Shown: positions 29,918 through 39,792 of the stretch, in pieces | Position numbering within the stretch: the stretch's first letter is position 1 | Layout of the letters: each line of letters opens with the position of its first letter | Source of the DNA: an uncultured delta proteobacterium | Lineage (GTDB): Bacteria; Desulfobacterota; Binatia; UBA9968 | DNA length: 64,000 bases | Direction: 5' to 3' | Assembly (NCBI GenBank): GCA_963804165.1 | Contig: CAWDPO010000011.1 | Location: 96,001-160,000 of the forward strand | Notes under the pieces: model-generated | Database searches by the model: none | What the model saw: the letters and a program-made list of their open reading frames with translations, nothing else | Told to the model about the DNA's origin: nothing | Made by a program: the position numbers and the translations under genes

Positions 29918-30946
29918 ATGAACCGGATCCGTGTGTTGGTGTTTGTTGCCGCTTCGCTCAGCGCCGTGCTGCACGCGCAGACGCCTTACTATCAGGGGAA
30001 AACGGTCCGTATTATTGTAAGTACTTCCCCCGGCGGTCTCTACGATGCGTATGCGCGATTGATCGCTCAATACCTTGGCAAGTACATTCCCGGCAAACCC
30101 GAAGTTGTCGTCCAGAACATGCCCGGCGGGGGCAACATGGTCGGCGCGAATTATCTGTATTCCGTCGCCAAACCCGATGGCTTGACGCTGGGCACTTTCA
30201 ACGCGGGGCTTTATTTCAATCAACTGGCAGGCAACAAGGACGCCCAGTTCGATTGGACGAAATGGCTGTTTGTCGGCAGCCCGGACCGTTCGGAAGATTC
30301 ACTTTACATTCGCAGCGACACGCCCTTTAGAACGATACACGACGCACGCAAAGCAACCGAGGGGCCGAAATGCGGCGCGACGGGCGCTGGTACGACGGGA
30401 CATTATTTGCCGACGTTTTTGAATGATGCCATCGGCACCAAGTTCAACGTCGTCATGGGCTATCCCGGCGGACCGGAGATCGACTTGGCGGTGGAAAGAA
30501 ATGAAACTCACTGCCGGGCGTCTACGATCGCGGGTTGGTTCTCCACCGAGCGTTACGTCAACTGGAGGAAAGCAGGATTTGCCCATATCCTGGTGCAAAC
30601 CAATCCCAGGCGCGATCCTCGCTTGGCGAGCGTGCCGACGGTTTATGAGCTGATGGACGAATACAAGACCGCAGAACCGATCCGCAAGTTGGCCGACGTT
30701 GTGATCGGCTCCAATGGATTCGGGCGGCCCTATGCGTTCCCTCCGGCAACGCCGCCGGAGCAGGTTAGAATGATTCGCGAAGCTTTCATGAAATCCCTAA
30801 GCGACCCGGAACTTGTGACCGAGGCCACCCGGCGCCGAATGGATATCGAATACACGTCGGGAGAGAAGTTGGAAAAGTTGGCGAGAGAAGTCATGACGAA
30901 AGACCCGGACGTGATCGCGCGGATGAAAAAGTTGTTGGCGAAATAG
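29918..30946 (+). CDS. TctC/Bug substrate-binding protein
   Basis: Signal peptide, YYQGKTVRIIV..PGGLYD, QNMPGGG, AKPDGLT, RDPRL. Confidence 0.9.
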   Translation: MNRIRVLVFVAASLSAVLHAQTPYYQGKTVRIIVSTSPGGLYDAYARLIAQYLGKYIPGKPEVVVQNMPGGGNMVGANYLYSVAKPDGLTLGTFNAGLYFNQLAGNKDAQFDWTKWLFVGSPDRSEDSLYIRSDTPFRTIHDARKATEGPKCGATGAGTTGHYLPTFLNDAIGTKFNVVMGYPGGPEIDLAVERNETHCRASTIAGWFSTERYVNWRKAGFAHILVQTNPRRDPRLASVPTVYELMDEYKTAEPIRKLADVVIGSNGFGRPYAFPPATPPEQVRMIREAFMKSLSDPELVTEATRRRMDIEYTSGEKLEKLAREVMTKDPDVIARMKKLLAK

Positions 30947-31035
30947 CCCCCATTTGGATTTTCAGCAGATCTCGACTGTAAAGTTTGACACGCTCCTTTC
31001 AACTGCGATAACTGTGGCTCGAGACGGAGGCATGT

Positions 31036-32016
31036 ATGGAATACGTACAATTTGGCACGACTGAGTTTAAAGTTTCGCACCTGGCGCTCGGTTGCATGAG
31101 CATGTCGGGCGCCTACGGACCGGCGGATGACAACGAATCGATCGCGACGCTGCATCGAGCGTTCGATCTCGGCATCAACTTCATCGATACGTCGGCGAGC
31201 TATGGCAGCGGGCACAATCATGAATTGATCAACAAAGCGCTGAAAGGGCGCCGCGAGCGCATCGTCATTCATTCCAAGTCGGGCAGTCCACGCGCGCCGG
31301 ATGCGACAGGTAGCCGCAGCGGCAGCACGCCGGAATATCTGACGCAGAACTGCGAGCAAAGCGTGAAGCGTTTGGGCATCGATGCTCTCGACGTCTTCTG
31401 CATGTCGCGGGTCGACCCGGACATCCCGGTTGAAGAGTCGGTGGGCGCGATGGCGCGGCTGGTGGAGCGCGGGCTCACTCGTTACATCGGATTGTCGGAA
31501 GCGAGCGCGAACTCAATCCGGCGCGCGCGCAAGGTTCATCCCATCTCCTCTCTGCAGATCGAGTATTCGCTTTGGTCGCGCGACCCCGAGGGCGGCAATA
31601 TTCAGGCTTGCCGTGAATTTAATATGGGCTTCATGGCGTACTCGCCGCTGGGGAAAGGATTCTTCGCGGGCGCGGTGCACGCTCCTTCAGACATGTCCGA
31701 TGGCGACGGCCGCAACGGTCATCCGCGTTTTCAGCCGGGGAATCTGGAAAAGAATCTCAAACTGCTTGCCCAATTTGAAGAATTGGCAAAGGAAAAAGAC
31801 GCAACGCCGGCGCAGCTTGCTTTAGCGTGGTTGATGGCGCAGGGAAACGATATTATTCCGATCCCGAGCAATAAGTCGCGCAAACACCTCGATGAAAATT
31901 TTAAGGCGGCCGAGATTAAATTGAACAAAGAAGATTTAGCGCACCTCGATGCGATCTTTCCGGCGGGCGCCGCCGCGGGACCGCGCAGCCGGGACATGCA
32001 TCGGGTGAATATTTAA
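31036..32016 (+). CDS. Aldo/keto reductase
   Basis: LGCMSMS, FIDTSASYG, IGLSE, LQIEYSLW, AYSPLGKG, TPAQLALAWL, IPIP. Confidence 0.93.
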   Translation: MEYVQFGTTEFKVSHLALGCMSMSGAYGPADDNESIATLHRAFDLGINFIDTSASYGSGHNHELINKALKGRRERIVIHSKSGSPRAPDATGSRSGSTPEYLTQNCEQSVKRLGIDALDVFCMSRVDPDIPVEESVGAMARLVERGLTRYIGLSEASANSIRRARKVHPISSLQIEYSLWSRDPEGGNIQACREFNMGFMAYSPLGKGFFAGAVHAPSDMSDGDGRNGHPRFQPGNLEKNLKLLAQFEELAKEKDATPAQLALAWLMAQGNDIIPIPSNKSRKHLDENFKAAEIKLNKEDLAHLDAIFPAGAAAGPRSRDMHRVNI

Positions 32017-32018
32017 CG

Positions 32019-32054
32019 CGTTCAAATCGTTCAAGCCGTTCAAAAAGTTCAAAC
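32019..32054 (+). repeat. GTTCAA tandem micro-array (9-nt period)
   Basis: cgttcaaat cgttcaagc cgttcaaaa agttcaaac. Confidence 0.85.
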
Positions 32055-32070
32055 CGTCTACGGAGGGATC

Positions 32071-33069
32071 ATGAAAGATGTAACAATTGTCGTTGGCACG
32101 ATCGGACAGAGCATCATGCGGAGCGAAGACAATGGACAGACTTGGGCGCGCATCGGGCCGCGTCGTGGATTTGCATACGAGGCTTCCGTGCGTTGCATCG
32201 CAATGCATCCGAAGCAGCACAACATTCTCTTCGCGGGCACGGAACGAGGGCTGTATCGCAGCGAGGATCGCGGCGCTAACTGGAAGTACCTCGACTCCTC
32301 GCTCAATCCTCATTACATCTGGGCGATCGGTATCGATCCGGTGAATCCAGACAACGTATTTGTCGGCACCGGCACGCCGACGCCCGCAATGCTTTTTCGC
32401 TCGAAGGACGGCGGTCAGAGCTGGGAGAAGCGGCCGGTAGAAGTTGCGACGGAGTGCGAAGCGGTCGGCACGCCGCGATTCACCGGCATAGCGGTCGATC
32501 CGCTGGAGCCGAATCACATTTGGGCCAGCCTCGAAGTGGACGGCGCGCGGCACAGTAGCGACGGCGGCGATACGTGGGACATCGTGGAAGTGACTGGAAG
32601 GCGTGACATTCACAATGTCGCCGTGACCGCCGGACCGCCGAAGACAGTGTTTATCATGGCCAATCGCGAGATTTACGCGAGCGACGACAATGGCAAGAAC
32701 TGGGAGCAGCGCGAAATGCAGAAGTGTCTGCCGTGGGAGTATCCACGCAAAGAAAATTATCTGCGCGGTATCGCAGTGGATCCAGCAAATCCGAAAAGAG
32801 TCTTGTTGGGCTTCGGTGATTTCACACCGGGAACATCGGGAGCCATCGCGCAATCGGAAGACTTCGGCAAGAGCTGGAAGTTACTGCCGCTGCCGGTGGA
32901 ACCGAACTCGACCATGTGGACATTCGGCACGAATTCGGATGACCCAAATACGTTCTTTGCCGCGAGCCGTTACGGATATCTCTATCGCAGTGACGACGCC
33001 GGCGCGTCATGGGCGAAGTTACGCAGAGAGCTAAGCGAGATCGCGGCGGTCTGCTGGTTGCCGAATTAA
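32071..33069 (+). CDS. Asp-box (BNR) repeat beta-propeller protein, no signal peptide
   Basis: Seven SxDxGxxW repeats (SEDNGQTW, SEDRGANW, SKDGGQSW, SSDGGDTW, SDDNGKNW, SEDFGKSW, SDDAGASW). Confidence 0.88.
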   Translation: MKDVTIVVGTIGQSIMRSEDNGQTWARIGPRRGFAYEASVRCIAMHPKQHNILFAGTERGLYRSEDRGANWKYLDSSLNPHYIWAIGIDPVNPDNVFVGTGTPTPAMLFRSKDGGQSWEKRPVEVATECEAVGTPRFTGIAVDPLEPNHIWASLEVDGARHSSDGGDTWDIVEVTGRRDIHNVAVTAGPPKTVFIMANREIYASDDNGKNWEQREMQKCLPWEYPRKENYLRGIAVDPANPKRVLLGFGDFTPGTSGAIAQSEDFGKSWKLLPLPVEPNSTMWTFGTNSDDPNTFFAASRYGYLYRSDDAGASWAKLRRELSEIAAVCWLPN

Positions 33070-33080
33070 CGCGCCGCGCG

Positions 33081-33117
33081 GTTCAAGAGTTCAAACGTTC
33101 AAGGTTCAATGTTCAAT
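33081..33117 (+). repeat. GTTCAA tandem micro-array
   Basis: gttcaaga gttcaaac gttcaag gttcaat gttcaat. Confidence 0.85.
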
Positions 33118-33121
33118 GTAA

Positions 33122-33165
33122 GCCCCCATTCCTGCTTCCCCCTTCGACCGGGGGAGGTAGAGGAT
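33122..33165. repeat. Family C hairpin (degenerate)
   Basis: cccccattcctgcttCCCCCttcgaccGGGGGaggtagagg. Confidence 0.55.
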
Positions 33166-33239
33166 TCAAGCGGGGATTGAACAACCCCATTCGTTCGTGA
33201 GCTGCGCGTTATTCATGGTGAACAAATACCGTTGAGTCC

Positions 33240-34220
33240 TTACTTGTAGAGGTCTTTAAGTAGGCCGCTTTTTTCGATTCTGTCGAGGAAACGCAGGTCG
33301 ACGAACTGTTCCGGCTTGGCATTTTTCGCCGCGGGCAAAGTTCGCGCCAGATCGTCGATGGCGTTTTGCATGCCTTGCATGTTGATGTACGGCGCCCGCT
33401 CTAACACTTTGTTCATGTAAAAGTCGTAAGTTTTAGCAAGCAGCACCGGATCGGTGACCGTGGTGTATTTTGCCAGGGTTTTGATCGTGGACTCGCGGTC
33501 CATTTTTGCGCGATGGATGGCGCGCACGTAGGCGCGCATAAAGCGATCGATCAAATCGGGTTTCTTGCGAATTAATTCTCCAGAGGTTGCCATCGCCGGA
33601 TTCGGATAAGCGAAATCCATATCCGTCACGCTCACGAGCTCTTTGAAGCCGAGTTTCTCCGAGAGAAATTGAGTCGGCGGTGAAACCATCGAGGCTTCGA
33701 TGGCTCCCGATCGGAGCGCGCCGAACATGTTGGACATCGACCCCAGCTGCATCAGGAGCACGTCTTTCTGCGGGTCGATATTGAATTTGCGCAGCGCATA
33801 GCGCGCGGATACGTCGGAGCTCGAACCAAACCGGCTGACCCCAATGCGTTTGCCGCGCAGCTCTTCGATGCTTTTGATCTCGGGCTTGGTATGCAGCGAG
33901 AAAATCATCTTGTTGACGTTGTTGCCGAATACTTTCAAGTCCGCGCCGCTGAGCGCGGCGGCGATCATCGGTCCGCCGCCCAAAGACGAGATGTCGACGT
34001 CCCCGGCTACGGTGACCTGCGCCAGTTGAGTTGCGCTGGGAATGAGGATGATCTGATCTTCCAAACCTTCTTTGGCGAAAAATCCGGCGTCGTGGGCGAC
34101 CCAGATGCCTGTGTAAGCGCCGCTGATCGAGCTGTACGCGATGCGCAAGCGATCGGCGGCGTCCGCCGCCGAACCGGTCAGTAACGCCAACCAAATCAAG
34201 AAGAAGAGAGCTCGTGTCAT
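33240..34220 (-). CDS. ABC substrate-binding protein, NMT1/SsuA-like
   Basis: Signal peptide, WVAHDAGFFAKEGL, ELRGKRIGVSRFGSSSD, KPEQFVDLRF. Confidence 0.9.
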   Translation of the reverse strand: MTRALFFLIWLALLTGSAADAADRLRIAYSSISGAYTGIWVAHDAGFFAKEGLEDQIILIPSATQLAQVTVAGDVDISSLGGGPMIAAALSGADLKVFGNNVNKMIFSLHTKPEIKSIEELRGKRIGVSRFGSSSDVSARYALRKFNIDPQKDVLLMQLGSMSNMFGALRSGAIEASMVSPPTQFLSEKLGFKELVSVTDMDFAYPNPAMATSGELIRKKPDLIDRFMRAYVRAIHRAKMDRESTIKTLAKYTTVTDPVLLAKTYDFYMNKVLERAPYINMQGMQNAIDDLARTLPAAKNAKPEQFVDLRFLDRIEKSGLLKDLYK

Positions 34221-34354
34221 CAACCTAGACCTCCGATGAATAGAGTTCCGCCGCAGGCCGCGGGCAGTCGGGCGGGACTGTATGACACCCCCGAGCGGAA
34301 GAGCAAGCCCTTTCACTGCGCGCCTGCCCTCGACCGTCGAGTAGATTCTGTGAT

Positions 34355-35374
34355 ATGGAGCTGCGAGTTATGAGGAAAATTGCCGCGGCATCACCCATCA
34401 GACTTTTTAGGTTTGCCCTTGTAGTGATGCTGCTAGGGTTACCGGCAACAGCGCGATCGCAGATGAAAGCGCGCGTCGCGTGGACTTCGTTCGCGAGCAA
34501 CATGAGCGGCACCTGGGTGGCCCAGGAAGAAGGACTGTTCAAAAAGAATGGGTTGGAAGTCGAGCTCGTGCATATTGCATCGACATCGCGGGCGATTCAA
34601 ACGTTGTTGGCCGGCGAACTGGCGTATACGTACATGGACGGTCGCACTTCGGTGCAGGCAACGCTCAAAGGCGCGGACGCTGTTATCCTCGCCGGGGTCG
34701 CCAACCGTTTGGTATTTTCCTTTATGGCCCGTCCGGAGATCAAGAACTTCAACGATCTCAGAGGAAAGAAAATCGGCATTACCCGGCTCGGTTCGTCGAC
34801 GCATAGCGTGACGCTTTGGGTGATGAACAAATTCGGCCTCAAGCCCGACGAGTATCAGATGCTCCAGTTGGTCGACGTGCCGAATATTTTTACCGCGATT
34901 GCCGCCGGTCAGATCGACGCCGGCGCGCTGTCGCCACCGACCAATTTCCGTGCGCGAAAAGCCGGACTGAGCGAGTTGATCGATCTTAGCAAAGACGGCC
35001 CGGAGTATGTTTCGGTGGCGATCGGTTCAACCCGTTCGTTTATCAAAGCCAACGAAGAAATGTCGCGTCGGTTCGTCCGCGGCTACAGCGAAGGCGTTCA
35101 GCTTCTCAAGGCCAACAAAGCCGCGGGTATCCGGGCGATCCAAAAATATGCTCGAATCAAAGATCCAGATATTCTCGAAGCGACCTACGGCGAAGCGCAC
35201 GCTTACATTGAAACCGTTCCGTACGCGACGCGGAAAGGCATGGAAACGATCATTGCCGAATTACAGCCGACCGAACCCAAAGCCAGGACGGCCAAGCCGG
35301 ATGATTTTCTTGATACGCGGTTTGTGAGCCAATTGGAGAAGGACGGGTTTTATAAGAGTGCGGCGTTAAAATGA
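34355..35374 (+). CDS. ABC substrate-binding protein, NMT1/SsuA-like
   Basis: WVAQEEGLFKKNGL, DLRGKKIGITRLGS, KPDDFLDTRF; start may be 34370. Confidence 0.9.
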   Translation: MELRVMRKIAAASPIRLFRFALVVMLLGLPATARSQMKARVAWTSFASNMSGTWVAQEEGLFKKNGLEVELVHIASTSRAIQTLLAGELAYTYMDGRTSVQATLKGADAVILAGVANRLVFSFMARPEIKNFNDLRGKKIGITRLGSSTHSVTLWVMNKFGLKPDEYQMLQLVDVPNIFTAIAAGQIDAGALSPPTNFRARKAGLSELIDLSKDGPEYVSVAIGSTRSFIKANEEMSRRFVRGYSEGVQLLKANKAAGIRAIQKYARIKDPDILEATYGEAHAYIETVPYATRKGMETIIAELQPTEPKARTAKPDDFLDTRFVSQLEKDGFYKSAALK

Positions 35375-35408
35375 ACGCGGAGTAAAACTCTCTCGGCTTA
35401 ACACGGTC

Positions 35409-35500
35409 TGTCATTGTGAGGAGCGCCGCGACCAAGAATCTGCTGTGGGGTTTCGGGCGGCAACAGAAAACAGATCCTTCACCTTCAACTCAGGATGACA
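35409..35500. repeat. REP-like element, family B
   Basis: TGTCATTGTGAG..CAAGAATCT ... AGATCCTTC..CTCAGGATGACA. Confidence 0.75.
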
Positions 35501-35572
35501 TAAAAGAGTGTTGCATGAAGTCGCCATGATGCTTATCTGAATCGACAATCGGAAGTGGAGGAAGTTCTGGCA

Positions 35573-36429
35573 ATGCCCAATATTAAACTACCAACTGGTG
35601 TCGATCTCTATTACGAAAGCCACGGCCAAGGCGAGCCCCTGATCTTTGTGCCTTCGACGGCGTACTCGGGCGAAGTCTGGAAGCCGTCGCAGATGCCGCT
35701 GGCTCAATCACTCAATATTATCTTTCACGATCCGCGCGGCTGCGGTCGTTCGGTGGCAGCGCAGAGCGTTTATACAATCGAGCAGATGGCGCTTGATATC
35801 GTCGCTTTAATGGATCATTTGAAGCTTGCTTCGGCCCACCTGATCGGCCATTCGATGGGCGGCCGGATAGCGTGTCGTTGGCGCAGAATTTTCCTGGTCG
35901 CGTAAAGAGTCTGATCATGGCGGCCAGCGGGTCTGGACCGGCGGCGCGGCCGGGCTCGGATTGCATTCCTGGATTGCCGCATCGTTTGGTGCTCGATATG
36001 GTGGAAATGGGTTTCGAGAAATTTATTCACGACGAGATCGTCGATTCGGATACTTTCTTTACCCGAGATTATCGCGAGCGCCATCGCGACGAAGTCGAGG
36101 AATTTTTCAAGCTCGCCTGGGCGACGCATGCCAAGCTGCCGGAGTTCATTCACCTCTGTATCGCCCGGCACAACTTCGAAGGAACGCACCGCTTGGGTGA
36201 CGTCAAAGCGCCGACGTTGGTTCTGATCGGCGAAGCCGACACCGTCGGCAGCAATCATATCGCGCAGTCGAAAGTGCTGCTAGAGCGCATTCCCGGCGCC
36301 GAGATGAAAATTCTCAAAGGGCAGTCGCATGGTTTTTTCTGGCAGGCGCCCGAGGCAACCAACGGAATCATTCTCGATTGGGTGAAACGAAACAGCGGTA
36401 AACAGGTCCACAGCGCTTGTTGCCAGTGA
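35573..36429 (+). CDS. Alpha/beta fold hydrolase (frameshift near 35870)
   Basis: LYYESHGQG, HDPRGCGRS, GHSMGG, PTLVLIGEAD, SHG. Confidence 0.88.
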
Positions 36430-36495
36430 TCAAGATGCGATGTTAGCGGTTGCGGCAGGAGAAATTGCTCGCATGCAGGGAGAGGAAATTATCTC

Positions 36496-37260
36496 ATGGG
36501 ATTGTTGGACGGAAAAGTCGCGATCGTTACAGGCGGCGGTCACGGTATCGGTAAAGCGTATTGCCTGGGCATCGCGCGCGAAGGGGGAGCGGCGGTGGTT
36601 GCGGATATCGACGAGAAAGCCGCCGATGCCGTCGCCAACTCGATTCAAGACAGCGGTGGCAAGGCATTGGCGACGAAAGTGGACGTGGCCAATTTGACCA
36701 GCTGCCAACAGATGGCAAAAAAGACGCTCGATGCTTACGGTCAAATCGACGGATTGGTGAACAATGCGGCGATCTTCATGAGCGTGCCGGCGGAGAAGGG
36801 GAGTTGGCAAGAGATCACCGAGGAGGCTTGGGACCGGATCATGGCGGTCAACGTCAAGGGTCTGTGGCTGAGCAGCCGCGCGGTGGTGCCGGCTATGCAA
36901 CAGCGCAAACAGGGCAGCGTGGTCAATATTTCTTCGAACATGGCGTTCAATGGCGGCTTGACGATGATGCACTATGTGACCTCAAAAGCCGCCGTGGTCG
37001 GTTTTAGCCGTGTCCTGGCGCGGGAGCTCGGTCCGGATAATATTCGCGTGAATACTCTGGCGCCGGGCGCGACGATGAGCGAGGAAAAAGCCACGGAAGC
37101 GGCGCTAAAAAACTACGAGCGCTCGGCTTCGACGCGAATTCTAAGACGAATCGAAAAGCCGGAAGACTTGGTCGGCACGGCGCTATATTTGTTATCGGAC
37201 TTGAGCACGTTCGTAACCGGGCAGACGATTCTAGTCAACGGCGGAGCGGTGCTTCATTGA
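36496..37260 (+). CDS. Short-chain dehydrogenase/reductase
   Basis: TGGGHGIG, NNAA, NISS, YVTSK, IRVNTLAPG. Confidence 0.94.
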   Translation: MGLLDGKVAIVTGGGHGIGKAYCLGIAREGGAAVVADIDEKAADAVANSIQDSGGKALATKVDVANLTSCQQMAKKTLDAYGQIDGLVNNAAIFMSVPAEKGSWQEITEEAWDRIMAVNVKGLWLSSRAVVPAMQQRKQGSVVNISSNMAFNGGLTMMHYVTSKAAVVGFSRVLARELGPDNIRVNTLAPGATMSEEKATEAALKNYERSASTRILRRIEKPEDLVGTALYLLSDLSTFVTGQTILVNGGAVLH

Positions 37261-37314
37261 ACAAGGCAATAGGCTCAGGCACGGAGCTGAGACGATAAGT
37301 CGAACATCGAAACT

Positions 37315-37345
37315 GTCGAGAATCGAGAATCGCAATCCAAAATCT
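37315..37345 (+). repeat. Degenerate AATC heptamer-like tandem run
   Basis: gtcgag aatcgag aatcgc aatccaa aatct. Confidence 0.45.
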
Positions 37346-37361
37346 CATGGAGGATAGAGTC

Positions 37362-38444
37362 ATGGGATGGATAGACGCAGACGCTCATGTCGTTGAAAGT
37401 CCGCTCACGTGGGACTATCTCTTGCCTTCGGAAAAAAAGTTTCGGCCGATGTTGTTCAAGCCGGAAGACGATGACCAAAAGGCACACTGGGTCATCGACG
37501 GCAAAATTCGCGGCCTGTTCCGTTTCACTTTCAGCGCGGAAGACGTGGCGAAGAAATCCGCTGAAATCGGCCGCGATATGACCACGACGATGGCCACGCG
37601 CGATCTCGCCGACGTCGCCGGGCGTGTCAAGCACATGGATGAGTTGGGTATCGACATTCAGGTGCTTTATCCAAGCATCTTCCTCGATCAGTGCACGGAA
37701 CGGGCGGAGACGGAAGTCGCTCTCTGCGGTGCGTACAATCGCTGGATGGCCGACGTATGGAAGCAAAGTAAGGGCAGGCTGCGTTGGATGGCGACATTGC
37801 CATTACTGAGCATGGCGGATGCGCTCGACCAACTGAAGTTTGCCCAGGGAAATGGAGGCTGCGGAATTTTCATGCGACCGCTGGAGGGATCGCGTCAGAT
37901 CACCGATCCATACTTTTTCCCACTGTACCAGGAAGCGCAAAAGCTCAACTTTTGTATCGGTCTGCACCAGTCCAATGGCAGCGCGGCGGCAGTGGATATG
38001 ATGGTGAATCCGGACGGCAGCCGCGACTTTTTCAACCAGTATCGAATATTCAATGTCGGCGCGTTATTCCGCATCATCAATGGCGGTATCCCTAAAATGT
38101 TTCCAAAGCTTCGCTTCGGATTTATCGAGACGGCGGCATCCTGGGTGCCCTGGGTGATTTACGAGCTGCGCCGACGCTTGGAGACGGTCGACAGCAAACT
38201 ACCGGATGATTTGCTTGAGCGCTGTGGGATCTTCGTGACGTGTCAGATCGGCGATGACGTGCCGTACTTGATCAAGAGCTGCATGGGTGAAAATACGCTG
38301 ATGATTGGCACAGACTACGGCCATGCCGATTCGTCGACGGAGCTGTCCGCTCTGACTACGTTGAAAGAGAGCGGCGGCATCTCCGCCGCGCAGCATAAGA
38401 AGATCGTCGAGGACAATCCGCGGGCGTTTTACGGGTTGGAGTGA
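37362..38444 (+). CDS. Amidohydrolase_2 family protein
   Basis: IDADAHVVE, HMDELGIDIQVLYP, AYNRW, GLH, FIETAASWVP, GTDYGHAD; GGAGGA RBS. Confidence 0.9.
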   Translation: MGWIDADAHVVESPLTWDYLLPSEKKFRPMLFKPEDDDQKAHWVIDGKIRGLFRFTFSAEDVAKKSAEIGRDMTTTMATRDLADVAGRVKHMDELGIDIQVLYPSIFLDQCTERAETEVALCGAYNRWMADVWKQSKGRLRWMATLPLLSMADALDQLKFAQGNGGCGIFMRPLEGSRQITDPYFFPLYQEAQKLNFCIGLHQSNGSAAAVDMMVNPDGSRDFFNQYRIFNVGALFRIINGGIPKMFPKLRFGFIETAASWVPWVIYELRRRLETVDSKLPDDLLERCGIFVTCQIGDDVPYLIKSCMGENTLMIGTDYGHADSSTELSALTTLKESGGISAAQHKKIVEDNPRAFYGLE

Positions 38445-38512
38445 ATTCGGGAGAAAAAACGCCGATTTCACTGCAAAGGGCGCGAAAAGTTACAGTCGAG
38501 CGGCGGTCGCCC

Positions 38513-39505
38513 CTACCTTTTATATAGCTGCTTGATAAATCCCGACGACTCCAGTTCCTGCACTAGACTCATATCGACAAAGCTTTTCGGAACCGCTGTC
38601 GCGGCTTTCGGCGTGCGTGGGGCGATGTCGTCGAGGAGCGTCTTGACGCCCTCGGCGTTCGGATAGGGAACCTCCGGGAACGCGCCGTTGTAGGCGCGGT
38701 AAGCGCGTTCCAGGCCCTCCGGATCGTTGGTTTTCAGATTTTTGCCGATCAGCGCCTTGGTCTCTTCCTTGTTGGTCTTGATAAAATGAAGCGCTTCGGT
38801 GAAGGCGCGGACGACTTTGGCGACGAACGGGCGCCGCTCCTTGACGGTCTTCTCGCGGGTGACCACGGCGTTGACGTGATAGGGAATCTTGAGCGTGCCG
38901 ATGTCGATCAAGTCGCGGAAGCCCATCTTCTCGGCCTCGCGCACCAGCGGCTCGCCAAGGAGCGTAAACTGCGTGATGTTGCGCGACAAGGCGGCGAGAC
39001 GCTGCGGGTTTTCGCCGGTGGCGATGATTTTGGTGTCTTTTTCTGGATCGATGCCGAAGCGGCGCAGCGCCAGGCGTAACGTCATATCCGAAGTCGTGCC
39101 GAGGCGGTTCACGCCGCCGGTTTTGCCCTTTAATTGCTCAACGCTCGTGATGTCGCCGAGCGAAACGATGTGATCGATGAAAAGCGGCAAGTTCGTAGAG
39201 ATCATCACCGTATCGGCACCCGCCAGTCGTGAGGTGACTAGAGTGGCAGAGGGAGCGATGATGAAATCGACTTCACCGGTGAGCAGGGCTTGAATAACAA
39301 TCGTGCTTGCACTGATGGCGATTACTTCGGCGTTCAGGCCATTTTTCTTGAAAAAACCTTTCTGATCGGCGACCCAGATCGGCGTGTTCGAAGGGGTGCT
39401 GCCCGCCCAGGCGATGCGCATGCGCTCCTGGCCAAAGACGGGTTTTGCGAACAACAGCGCAAACGCAAAAAGAACGACGAGCCGCGATATCGATCTCCGG
39501 ATCAT
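38513..39505 (-). CDS. ABC substrate-binding protein, NMT1/SsuA-like
   Basis: Signal peptide, PIWVADQKGFFKKNGL, QLKGKTGGVNRLG, FVDMSLV. Confidence 0.9.
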   Translation of the reverse strand: MIRRSISRLVVLFAFALLFAKPVFGQERMRIAWAGSTPSNTPIWVADQKGFFKKNGLNAEVIAISASTIVIQALLTGEVDFIIAPSATLVTSRLAGADTVMISTNLPLFIDHIVSLGDITSVEQLKGKTGGVNRLGTTSDMTLRLALRRFGIDPEKDTKIIATGENPQRLAALSRNITQFTLLGEPLVREAEKMGFRDLIDIGTLKIPYHVNAVVTREKTVKERRPFVAKVVRAFTEALHFIKTNKEETKALIGKNLKTNDPEGLERAYRAYNGAFPEVPYPNAEGVKTLLDDIAPRTPKAATAVPKSFVDMSLVQELESSGFIKQLYKR

Positions 39506-39792
39506 CGGAAACTCCCTGCCAGGTGAATCTCAAAAATCCCATACCTGGAACGCGCGGAATATAGGCCCGTGAATCTGCCGTGTCAATCGGCTTTCCCAAC
39601 AGCGATGAACGATCTTACGAGTGCAGCTTCTTTCTTCTTTAATAAGTGGAAACTGACGGCGATCGTAGCTATGATCGCTGGAATTCGGCCGGATTCGTTA
39701 AGGTGACCAAAGGCGGACCTATGGGACCGTTGGATTGCCTTCGGCCGCCCGGCATACAAAATTATTTTTTTTGGGGCGGAAAGCGTTACGTT

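Noticed and set aside
32019-32054. tRNA gene suggested by GTTCAAATC
   Set aside because: No T-stem, acceptor stem or anticodon arm around it
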